A stretch of 51,717 nucleotides of DNA from Acidimicrobiia bacterium (lineage in GTDB: Bacteria; Actinomycetota; Acidimicrobiia; Spongiisociales; UBA5794), in NCBI GenBank assembly GCA_030066265.1, contig JASJCF010000006.1, forward strand, positions 1-51,717, written 5' to 3'. Position 1 is the stretch's first letter. The number at the start of each line of letters is the position of its first letter. The notes under the pieces were generated by a model. That model saw only the letters and a program-made list of their open reading frames with translations. It had not been told where the DNA came from and did not search any database. The position numbers and the translations under genes are program-made. This document shows, one piece after another, positions 8,617-16,125 of the stretch.

Positions 8617-9214
8617 TCGCCTCGGAGGCCCTGCGATGGCGGTGTGGGAGTTCTCATCGATCGTGGCCGGTGTGCACAGCGCCGACCAGATCGCCAAGGG
8701 AAGCCCCGTGTCGGATCTCCTGACCGGCACGACGCACCCAGGGAAGTACGTCGTGATGGTCTCGGGCGACACCGCTGCTGTCGATGTCGCCCGCGACATC
8801 GTCTCGGGTCTGGATCGCGTCCCCATCGACACCCGATTCCTCCCCGACGTCGCTTCCGACGTGGTCGACGCCGTGCTGCGTGCTGATGACGTCATCGAGG
8901 CGGAGGGGGAGGCGATCGGAGTCGTCGAGACGGCCTCGGTGTCGTCGAGCGTCGATGCCGCCGACGCCGCAGTGAAGGCGGCACGGGTGACCCTATCGGC
9001 CATCCGGCTCGCCGACGGACTCGGTGGCAAGGCCTACCTCGTCGTGGACGGCGACGTCGGCGACGTCGAGGCGGCGGTGGCTGCTGCGTGCGAGCGAGCT
9101 GCGCCGAATCTGGTGGATGCCGTCGTCATCGCGCAACTCACGGCAGATCTGAGGGATGACCTCGCAGCGACGACCCGGTTCGTCGAGCGCCTGCAACGGC
9201 GCGGAGGTGGCTGA
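8609..9214 (+). CDS. BMC-T shell protein, single-layer PduT-like
   Basis: Two BMC domains: EFSSIVAGVHSADQIAK..PGKYVVMVSGD and AIGVVET..AADAAVKAARV..ADGLGGKAY..GDVGDVEAAV; TTG start overlaps the dehydrogenase stop. Confidence 0.9.
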   Translation: MSDRLGGPAMAVWEFSSIVAGVHSADQIAKGSPVSDLLTGTTHPGKYVVMVSGDTAAVDVARDIVSGLDRVPIDTRFLPDVASDVVDAVLRADDVIEAEGEAIGVVETASVSSSVDAADAAVKAARVTLSAIRLADGLGGKAYLVVDGDVGDVEAAVAAACERAAPNLVDAVVIAQLTADLRDDLAATTRFVERLQRRGGG

Positions 9215-9216
9215 TC

Positions 9217-9489
9217 GTGAAGCTCGGACGGGTCCGCGGTTCGGTGGTTGCCACGGTGAAGGATCCCGGCATGGTCGGCATGCGCATGCTGATCGTCCAG
9301 CCACTCGGCGACGAAGGGATCGACAGCGGGCAGTGCGTCGTCGCTGCCGATGCGACGGGGCAAGCCGGTCTCGGCGATCGCATCTACTACGTGTCGTCGC
9401 GCGAGGCCGCCGAGGCGATGGAACCCCGGTTCGTGCCGGTGGATCATGCCATCGTCGGCATCGTGGATGCGGTGGAGGTTCGACCGTGA
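9217..9489 (+). CDS. BMC-P pentamer vertex protein 2
   Basis: MKLGRVRGSVVATVKD..QAGLGDRI..SSREAA..PVDHAIVGIVD; SD GGAGG. Confidence 0.93.
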   Translation: MKLGRVRGSVVATVKDPGMVGMRMLIVQPLGDEGIDSGQCVVAADATGQAGLGDRIYYVSSREAAEAMEPRFVPVDHAIVGIVDAVEVRP

Positions 9490-9767
9490 GAGTCGGACGG
9501 GTGGTCGGCACCGTCGTTTCGACGATCAATCACCCCTTCTTCGACGGCGAGAGGCTCCTCGTGTGCCGAATCGTCGATCGAGACACCGACACCGGCACGT
9601 ATCTGATCTGCACCGACCGGGTCGGTGCGGGATCCGACGAGACCGTGTTGATCCTCGACGAGGGATCGTCCGCCAGACAGATCTACGACGTGCCGCACGG
9701 GCCGATCCGATCGGTCGTGGTCGGTGTCGTCGACGACGTGCACGAGGCGGAACTCGGCTCGGAGTGA
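9486..9767 (+). CDS. BMC-P pentamer vertex protein 3
   Basis: GTG 9486 overlaps the previous stop; MRVGRVVGTVVSTINH..DRVGAG..DEGSSARQI..PIRSVVVGVVD (C-terminal part of track ORF 9156-9767). Confidence 0.92.
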   Translation: MRVGRVVGTVVSTINHPFFDGERLLVCRIVDRDTDTGTYLICTDRVGAGSDETVLILDEGSSARQIYDVPHGPIRSVVVGVVDDVHEAELGSE

Positions 9768-9804
9768 ACCAGAGATACCGAAGGTCCTCGGTACGCTCCC
9801 GTCC

Positions 9805-10179
9805 GTGAAGAGGCTCGCTCCCCGGCTGATCCTGCTCCCGATTGCACTGATGATCGTCGGATGCGGGTCATCGGGCATCTCCGCCACCACCTGTGAAGAC
9901 GTCGCAGACGAGACGCTCGCTCTCTACCAGCGGGTGATCGACGACATCGACGAGGAGTTCGCCGATGTGACCGTCTCGGAGTTCATCGCGCTGCGAGACG
10001 AGTTGCCGTCCCTCGAGCGTTTCTCGGAGGATGCCGATCAGATCGACTCGATCGCAGCGGAATTGGGGTGTACGGAAGCCGAGGTCACCGCTGCCGTCTC
10101 CTCCCGCACGGCCGAGCTCACGGCGACGACGCCAGTGGGCAGATTCCTGATCGAAGCCTTTCGCATGGGGGGTATCTGA
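9805..10179 (+). CDS. Hypothetical lipoprotein, acidic and helical
   Basis: MKRLAPRLILLPIALMIVGC lipobox; TACGCT 7 nt upstream; two further Cys. Confidence 0.75.
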   Translation: MKRLAPRLILLPIALMIVGCGSSGISATTCEDVADETLALYQRVIDDIDEEFADVTVSEFIALRDELPSLERFSEDADQIDSIAAELGCTEAEVTAAVSSRTAELTATTPVGRFLIEAFRMGGI

Positions 10180-10244
10180 GGGGCCCTTCCCTCTCGGGCG
10201 ATACCGTGGTATGCCTGTGGTGAGCAACCGCATGGAGGTGCCTC

Positions 10245-10418
10245 GTGTCCCACGATTCCGGTTTCCGACGCGGCGGGCGTGATGTCGCGCGCGGGGGCAG
10301 TTCCCAACGCAACAGGGGAGGCCGGTCGGCCCGGAAGTACGAGGAGCGCATGAACAAGCGCTTCCACGAGCACGAGCGGAGCGAGCCCAAGAAGCCGACG
10401 GACGAAGGCGAACGCTGA
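10245..10418 (+). CDS. Small 57-aa RGG-rich basic protein (below the ORF-track cutoff)
   Basis: SD GGAGGT 10234-10239, GTG 10245, TGA 10416-10418; MSHDSGFRRGGRDVARGGSSQRNRGGRSARKYEERMNKRFHEHERSEPKKPTDEGER; fills an otherwise empty gap. Confidence 0.6.
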   Translation: MSHDSGFRRGGRDVARGGSSQRNRGGRSARKYEERMNKRFHEHERSEPKKPTDEGER

Positions 10419-10485
10419 GCACGGTCGGCCCGTTCCACGTCGGGAGGTGCGCCGCTCGGGCGTCTCTCCGATCAGCGAAGGCCCG

Positions 10486-11160
10486 TCAGTGCAGACGCGA
10501 GGCGGCGGCGTCGTCGAGCATCCACACCACCGACTCTCGTGCGGTGACGCGCCCTGCGGGGAGATCCTCACCTTGCGCAATCGCAGCGACGGCGTCGGCC
10601 TTTGCCTCCCCGGAGACGAGGAACAGCACGACGTCGGACTGACCGAGCAGATCGAACGTCGCCGTCAACCTCCACGCGTCGAGGCTCGGTACCAGGTTTG
10701 CGACATATGCGATGCTCTCGACGTCGAGTGCCTGGGTGCCGGGAAACAGCGACGCCGTGTGGCCATCGGCACCGATGCCGAGCATCGTGACCCTTCGCAC
10801 CCCCGGATCGACCATGCGCGGGACGATCTCGTCCGCATAGCCCTCCGCTGCGGTGTACGGGTTCGACAGCGTCGTGTCCGGTGCGATGAGGGAGAGGCCG
10901 ACGGGGTCGGCCAAGGTCATCCGAGCCATCCGCTGGTTGGACGCTTCGTCGTCGGGCGCCACCCAACGCTCATCGGGAAGCCATGCCTCGACATGGTCCC
11001 AAGCGAGCGGGCGGGCAGCGAGGAGGCGGTGCGTCGCCTCGGGCGTCGATCCGCCCGCGAGGCCCAGCAACAGCCGATCCGAGGCCTCCACCTCGGCCGC
11101 AACTGCGTTCGCCGCAGCAACAGCCAGATCCGCCGGATCCTCCGTGATGATGGTCTCCAT
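10486..11160 (-). CDS. pgl: 6-phosphogluconolactonase
   Basis: LAGGSTP, DERWVAPDDEASN, LGIGADGHTASLFPG, RLTATF, GEAKADAV; start ATG 11160. Confidence 0.93.
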   Translation of the reverse strand: METIITEDPADLAVAAANAVAAEVEASDRLLLGLAGGSTPEATHRLLAARPLAWDHVEAWLPDERWVAPDDEASNQRMARMTLADPVGLSLIAPDTTLSNPYTAAEGYADEIVPRMVDPGVRRVTMLGIGADGHTASLFPGTQALDVESIAYVANLVPSLDAWRLTATFDLLGQSDVVLFLVSGEAKADAVAAIAQGEDLPAGRVTARESVVWMLDDAAASRLH

Positions 11161-11166
11161 GACCCG

Positions 11167-11190
11167 ACGATACCGAGCGGCGGGTACGGT
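11167..11190. promoter_or_regulatory. Back-to-back leaderless -10 elements in a 37-bp divergent gap
   Basis: TATCGT (minus, 11167-11172) 6 nt before the pgl ATG; TACGGT (plus, 11185-11190) 7 nt before ATG 11198. Confidence 0.65.
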
Positions 11191-11197
11191 GGGGAGC

Positions 11198-12130
11198 ATG
11201 GCGGCCCCGCTGAGCGACGAGGCAGCCGATTGGCTGCGGGGTGAGGATCCCTCCATCGATTGGCAGCTCGAGCGCGACCTGGACGGCTCGGCCGCGCCAG
11301 TATGGAAACGGACGCGCTCGCGGGTTGCGACGGAGGGATGGGGGGAGGACCTCCTCGCTCGTCAGGACGACGAGGGGACCTGGGGCGGTGGGCTCTACAC
11401 CCCGAAGTGGACCTCCACGAACTACACCCTGCTCCTCCTACGCCGTCTCGGGCTCGACGAACGCAACGAGCAGGCAATCGCCGGGTGCCGACGACTGCTG
11501 GACGACGCTGCGTGGGTGGAGGGCGGCGTGAGCTACTGGCGCTCGCATCGATACGCAGAGCGTTGCGTCAACGGCATGGTCCTGTCGGTGTGCTCGTACT
11601 TCGCCGTCGACGATTCCAGGATCGACTCCATCGCTGAGCTTCTCACTTCGACTGGCGTCCCCGGTGGTGGATGGAACTGCGAGGACTACCGAGGTGGCAC
11701 GCACGCATCGTTCCACACCACGATCTCCGTCCTCGAGGGCCTGACGCTGTGGCGCCATCGCACCGGTCGCCGCGAGGCCGATGCTGCGATCGATGCGGCG
11801 CACGAGACGCTGCTCCAGCATCGCCTGTATCGCTCGCATCGGACGGGAGAGGTCATCGACCGCGAATGGCTCTCACCCCACTTCCCGCCGCGATGGCACT
11901 ACGACGTCCTGCGAGGGCTCGACCACTTCCGGGCAGTCGGCCATGACCGGGATCCTCGGCTGTCCGATGCCGTCGAGGCACTCGTGGCCAAGCAGCGTCC
12001 CGACGGCACGTGGCCAAAGGGTCGGCGCTACGGCGGTGTCGAGTTCTTCCCGATCGAGACCGAACGTGCCAGAGGCCGCTGGAACACGATGCGCGCCCTC
12101 CGGGTCCTGCGGTGGTGGAACGATGCCTGA
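11198..12130 (+). CDS. Prenyltransferase/squalene-cyclase-like alpha-alpha toroid hypothetical protein
   Basis: QW-like repeats (LLARQDDEGTWGG, KQRPDGTW), GGWNCE, FPPRWHYDVLRGLD, RWNTMRALRVL. Confidence 0.7.
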   Translation: MAAPLSDEAADWLRGEDPSIDWQLERDLDGSAAPVWKRTRSRVATEGWGEDLLARQDDEGTWGGGLYTPKWTSTNYTLLLLRRLGLDERNEQAIAGCRRLLDDAAWVEGGVSYWRSHRYAERCVNGMVLSVCSYFAVDDSRIDSIAELLTSTGVPGGGWNCEDYRGGTHASFHTTISVLEGLTLWRHRTGRREADAAIDAAHETLLQHRLYRSHRTGEVIDREWLSPHFPPRWHYDVLRGLDHFRAVGHDRDPRLSDAVEALVAKQRPDGTWPKGRRYGGVEFFPIETERARGRWNTMRALRVLRWWNDA

Positions 12131-12791
12131 GCGCCGGCCCGAACCGCTGATCATCGAATCGGCACACGGGCCGGTCTCGGCGGCCATCACAGGGCCTCAC
12201 GACTCCGATTTCCCTGCCCTGTTGCTCGCACACGGCGCAGGGGCAGGCATGGCTCACCCCTGGATGGTTTCGCTCCAGGACCGCCTCGCCACCGCAGGGG
12301 CTCGGGTGATGACCTTCAACTACGCGTACACCGAGGCCGGTCGCCGCTCTCCCGACCGCCTCGAGAAGCTCCTCGACGTGCACGAAGCAGCCGCCGACGT
12401 GATCTCAGGCCGCGCCGGAATCCCCGTGCTCGCCGGCAAGTCGATGGGTGGGCGCGTGGCGAGCCACCTCGTGTCACAGGGCCGTGCCGAAGCAGCCGGC
12501 TTGGCGTATCTGGGATATCCGTTGGTGGCGATGGGCAAGACCGAGCCGAGATCGACGGACCATCTCGACGTCATCACCGCCCCCCAGCTGTTCGTGACGG
12601 GCGATCGGGACCGAATGGGCCCCATCGACCTGATCAGCGACGTCGCAGACCGCCTACCGGCCGGCGAGGTCGTGGCCGTTCCCGATGGAGACCACTCGTT
12701 CGTCCCTCGCAAGTCGTCAGGACTCACCCTCGACGATTCATTCGACCTCGTGGTGCGGGAAGTGATCCAGTGGCTGCGGGACCTCACCTGA
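12123..12791 (+). CDS. Alpha/beta hydrolase (KANL3/Tex30-like)
   Basis: AHGAGAGM, GKSMGGR nucleophile elbow, GYPL, GDRD, GDHSF; ATG 12123. Confidence 0.88.
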   Translation: MPERRPEPLIIESAHGPVSAAITGPHDSDFPALLLAHGAGAGMAHPWMVSLQDRLATAGARVMTFNYAYTEAGRRSPDRLEKLLDVHEAAADVISGRAGIPVLAGKSMGGRVASHLVSQGRAEAAGLAYLGYPLVAMGKTEPRSTDHLDVITAPQLFVTGDRDRMGPIDLISDVADRLPAGEVVAVPDGDHSFVPRKSSGLTLDDSFDLVVREVIQWLRDLT

Positions 12792-12828
12792 TCGAGTTTC
12801 GGCACCCCGTGGTGCGCTCGGGCGCCCC

Positions 12829-13731
12829 TCACCGATACTCGGTATGAGGAGGCAAGTATCGCCCCGAGACCACCCGGCCGCTGATCGTCCGCAGCTCCCA
12901 CACCGAGCCCTTCTTCCACTTCATGGGTCCGCTCATCGGTATCCCGGAAGCGACCAGGGACCCGATCAGATCGGCGATCACGTCCCCGTGCGAGCACAGA
13001 ACCGCCGCTTCCTCCTGGAGCTCGTGGATCAGCGAGACCATACGATGCGGATGCGATCCCTCGACGAGCGCGGGCTCGAACTCCAGCGGTATGCCGAGCC
13101 GATTCGACAGCGGCCGGACCGTGTCGAGGCATCGGGTGTAGTCAGACGACCCGATCCGCGTGATCGGATGCGCCTGGAGCAATCGGGTCAGCCACCGTCG
13201 CTGCTCGACCCCTCGCCGATCGAGGCCGCGGGACCAGTCGTCGGGATCCATCGGAGAGCGGTTCCCGGCGGAGGCATGCCGGAGGAGGTAGATGACGCCG
13301 GCCGATCTCGCAAGCTGCATGTCGTTGGCTCGGTCGAGGACCTCCCGATCGTTCCGATAGCTGAGAAGCCGCTGGCCCTTCTTGAACCGAACCCACTTGA
13401 CGGCGTCGACTTCCTTGTTCGGGGTGAACGTGCCTTTCGATGCCTGCCCGAGCCACCAGCGAACGACCTTCGGATTCCCGTTCTGGGTGTGATAGCCGAC
13501 GGTGCCGACCAACCGGGGCTTCTTCGCGGCGAATCCCGTCTCCTCGAAGGTCTCTCGCACCGCACCGTCGAGGAAGGACTCGTTCTTGTCGAGTTTTCCC
13601 TTCGGCAGCGACCAATCGTCGTACCGGGGTCGATGGACGATGAGGTACTCGGGCTTGCCGTCCTCGCGCGTGCGGGCGAGCACGCACCCGGCGGCCCAGA
13701 TCGACGCTTTCGGAGGCGGTTCGGTGTCCAC
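12829..13731 (-). CDS. NUDIX hydrolase + histidine-phosphatase domain (MutT1-like)
   Basis: HRPRYDDWSLPKGK, Nudix box GKLDKNESFLDGAVRETFEETG; C-domain LRHA..RCLDTV..SHG; start approximate. Confidence 0.88.
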   Translation of the reverse strand: MDTEPPPKASIWAAGCVLARTREDGKPEYLIVHRPRYDDWSLPKGKLDKNESFLDGAVRETFEETGFAAKKPRLVGTVGYHTQNGNPKVVRWWLGQASKGTFTPNKEVDAVKWVRFKKGQRLLSYRNDREVLDRANDMQLARSAGVIYLLRHASAGNRSPMDPDDWSRGLDRRGVEQRRWLTRLLQAHPITRIGSSDYTRCLDTVRPLSNRLGIPLEFEPALVEGSHPHRMVSLIHELQEEAAVLCSHGDVIADLIGSLVASGIPMSGPMKWKKGSVWELRTISGRVVSGRYLPPHTEYR

Positions 13732-13774
13732 ATCATGTCCGTCGTCGCCTTCGGGCACGGTGTTGAACCTTTTG

Positions 13775-14224
13775 TCAGCCACGGTTCCGGTCGAGTTCGA
13801 CCACCTTGCGGAGTCTCCGCACGTGCCGCTCCTCACCGCTGAACCGCGCATCGAGGTAGGCGTCGGCGATCTCCGTCGCCGTCGTGGGTCCGATCACTCG
13901 CGCCCCGAGGGCGAGCACGTTCATGTCGTCGTGTTCCACGGCCTGGTGCGCCGTGTAGTGGTCGTGCACCACCGCGCTGCGTGCGCCGGTGATCTTGTTC
14001 GCTGCGATCGATGCACCCGCACCCGAGCCACACACCACGATTCCCTTGTCCGCCTTCCCGGCGACCACGGCTCTGGCGACGGCTGCGGCATAGTCCGGGT
14101 AGTCGACCGGCTCCGTCGAGTCGGTGCCGACGTCGATCGTGACGAACCCACGTTGCTCGAGATGGGCGAGGAGCTCCTGCTTGAGCGGGTAGCCGGCGTG
14201 GTCAGCACCGATGACGACGCGCAC
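13775..14224 (-). CDS. rpiB: Ribose-5-phosphate isomerase B, canonical cytosolic paralog
   Basis: IGADHAG, VDYPDY, VCGSGAG (catalytic Cys), EHDDMNVL, ERHVRR; GTG 14224 with SD GAGAGG; no N-terminal extension. Confidence 0.94.
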   Translation of the reverse strand: MRVVIGADHAGYPLKQELLAHLEQRGFVTIDVGTDSTEPVDYPDYAAAVARAVVAGKADKGIVVCGSGAGASIAANKITGARSAVVHDHYTAHQAVEHDDMNVLALGARVIGPTTATEIADAYLDARFSGEERHVRRLRKVVELDRNRG

Positions 14225-14303
14225 GTGAATACCTCTCGGTCGACGGAGGAGTGAGCGTAGCCGCAGGCGGATGGTCATCGGTGTGCCCGGTACCCTCCCG
14301 ATC

Positions 14304-14807
14304 GTGAAGCGATGGTTGGTGCTCGTGTTGGTGGCTTGTGGAGCATGCTCATCCGGTGTCGAGGCGCCCGATCCCGCGCCAGTCAGCCAGGTGTGCACGC
14401 AGACGTGGTGCATGGACGTTCCCGACGGTTGGGGAACCGAGGTCGGCGAGAACTACGTGGCGTTCAACCACGACGCCGATCCCGACGGGACCTTCCTCAC
14501 CGGCAACGTCGTCGACATGGAGGCCATCGTCACCTCTGCCGGGGGAACCTGGCCGGCGACGACGGAGGACGTCGTGCGGTCGTTCTGGGCGTTGCTCGAG
14601 GACGCCGAGGAGGGCTCGCTGCAGCGAACACAGCGCCAGGTCGGGGGCGCCATCCGGTCATGGGGCAGCCACTCCACCGGGGACATGTGGTACGTGCTCG
14701 TCCCGGTCGAGGGATCGACGGGGATCGGAGTCGAGATCCGTGGCCCGAACGAGACGTGGGAGCGCCACGCAGACATCGTCTTCCCGTCGATCGCTCCGAG
14801 GCCCTGA
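14304..14807 (+). CDS. Hypothetical lipoprotein (PsbP/Mog1-like fold possible)
   Basis: MKRWLVLVLVACGAC signal/lipobox; VPDGW motif; TACCCT 7 nt upstream. Confidence 0.7.
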   Translation: MKRWLVLVLVACGACSSGVEAPDPAPVSQVCTQTWCMDVPDGWGTEVGENYVAFNHDADPDGTFLTGNVVDMEAIVTSAGGTWPATTEDVVRSFWALLEDAEEGSLQRTQRQVGGAIRSWGSHSTGDMWYVLVPVEGSTGIGVEIRGPNETWERHADIVFPSIAPRP

Positions 14808-14871
14808 CCCGAGGACCCAGTCGCTTCCGGAATGCCGACTCGTAGCGGTGCGGCGTCGTAACCTCGCAGCG

Positions 14872-16125
14872 ATGCCCGATTCGATCCACGTTCGTGGCGG
14901 AACCCCCTTGACCGGCGAGATCGCCGTGCTGGGCGCGAAGAACGCCGTCCTCAAGCACATGGTGGCGACCCTGCTCGCTCCGGGCACCCATCGGATCGAG
15001 AACGTCCCGGGAATCCTCGACGTCGAGATCATGGGACGGGTGCTCGAGCACGTCGGCGCATCCTGCCGGCAGGACGGCACAGTGTTGACCGTCGATGTGC
15101 CGGACGATCCGGTGCCGGAAGCTCCCCTCGAGCTCGTCCGGCAGATGCGGGCCTCCATCCTCGTCCTTGGCGCCTTGCTGGCACGGACGGGGGAGGCGAG
15201 GGTCGCCCTCCCGGGCGGTGACGACTTCGGCTCCCGGCCGATCGACTTCCACGTCAGGGGGCTCGAGGCGATGGGTGCCGAGTTCGACCTTCGGCACGGC
15301 GTCCTCTACGGCACGGCGCCACGTGGTCTCCACGGAACCGACGTCTTCTTGGAATTCCCGTCCGTGGGCGCAACCGAGAACCTGCTCCTGGCAGCGGTGC
15401 TCGCCGATGGCACCACCACCATCTCCAACGCCGCGAGAGAGCCCGAGCTCACCGATCTCGCCGAGTACCTCATGAAGATGGGCGCCAAGATCGACGGAGC
15501 GGGCACGTCCACCCTCGAGATCCACGGCGTTCCAGAGCTGCGGCCCGCTGTCCACCGAACCGTTCCCGATCGGCTCGAAGCCGGCACGTACCTCGTGGCG
15601 GGCGCGATGTCACGTGGCCGTGTGACCGTGACCGACTGTCGCCCCGAGCACCTGCGTATGGAACTGAGGAAACTCGAGGCGACCGGATGCGCGATCACAA
15701 CGACGGAGACGTCGATCACCGTCGAGGGCCCGGAGCGGCCGGTGGCCGTGGATATCGCAACGCTGCCTTACCCGGGGTTCCACACGGACATGCACCCCCA
15801 GATCGTCTCGTATCTGTCGGTCGCCGACGGAACCTCGCTCGTGACCGAGAACGTCTACGCCGGGCGCTTCCGCTATCTCGGTGAGCTGAATCGTATGGGG
15901 TGCGATATCCACGCCGATGGGCAACACGTGGTCATTCGGGGGGTGGACGAGCTGTCCGGATGCGAGATCGAGGGATGTGACATCCGGGCTGCGGCCGCGC
16001 TGACGATTGCGGGGCTTCGCGCCGACGGCGAGACCATCATCCGAGACGCCCATCATGTCGACCGCGGGTACGACGGCTTCGTCGGCAAGCTCGCATCGCT
16101 CGGAGCGGACATCACGAGGGCATGA
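14872..16125 (+). CDS. murA: UDP-N-acetylglucosamine 1-carboxyvinyltransferase
   Basis: GAKNA, MRASILVLG, LPGGDDFGSRPID, SVGATEN, AREPE, PDRLEAGT, PYPGFHTDM, RGY; ATG 14872. Confidence 0.97.
   Translation: MPDSIHVRGGTPLTGEIAVLGAKNAVLKHMVATLLAPGTHRIENVPGILDVEIMGRVLEHVGASCRQDGTVLTVDVPDDPVPEAPLELVRQMRASILVLGALLARTGEARVALPGGDDFGSRPIDFHVRGLEAMGAEFDLRHGVLYGTAPRGLHGTDVFLEFPSVGATENLLLAAVLADGTTTISNAAREPELTDLAEYLMKMGAKIDGAGTSTLEIHGVPELRPAVHRTVPDRLEAGTYLVAGAMSRGRVTVTDCRPEHLRMELRKLEATGCAITTTETSITVEGPERPVAVDIATLPYPGFHTDMHPQIVSYLSVADGTSLVTENVYAGRFRYLGELNRMGCDIHADGQHVVIRGVDELSGCEIEGCDIRAAAALTIAGLRADGETIIRDAHHVDRGYDGFVGKLASLGADITRA

Noticed and set aside
4409-9767. Carboxysome, Eut, Pdu or glycyl-radical microcompartment
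   Set aside because: No RuBisCO, carbonic anhydrase, ethanolamine ammonia-lyase, diol dehydratase or glycyl-radical enzyme; the signature enzymes are DeoC and RpiB.
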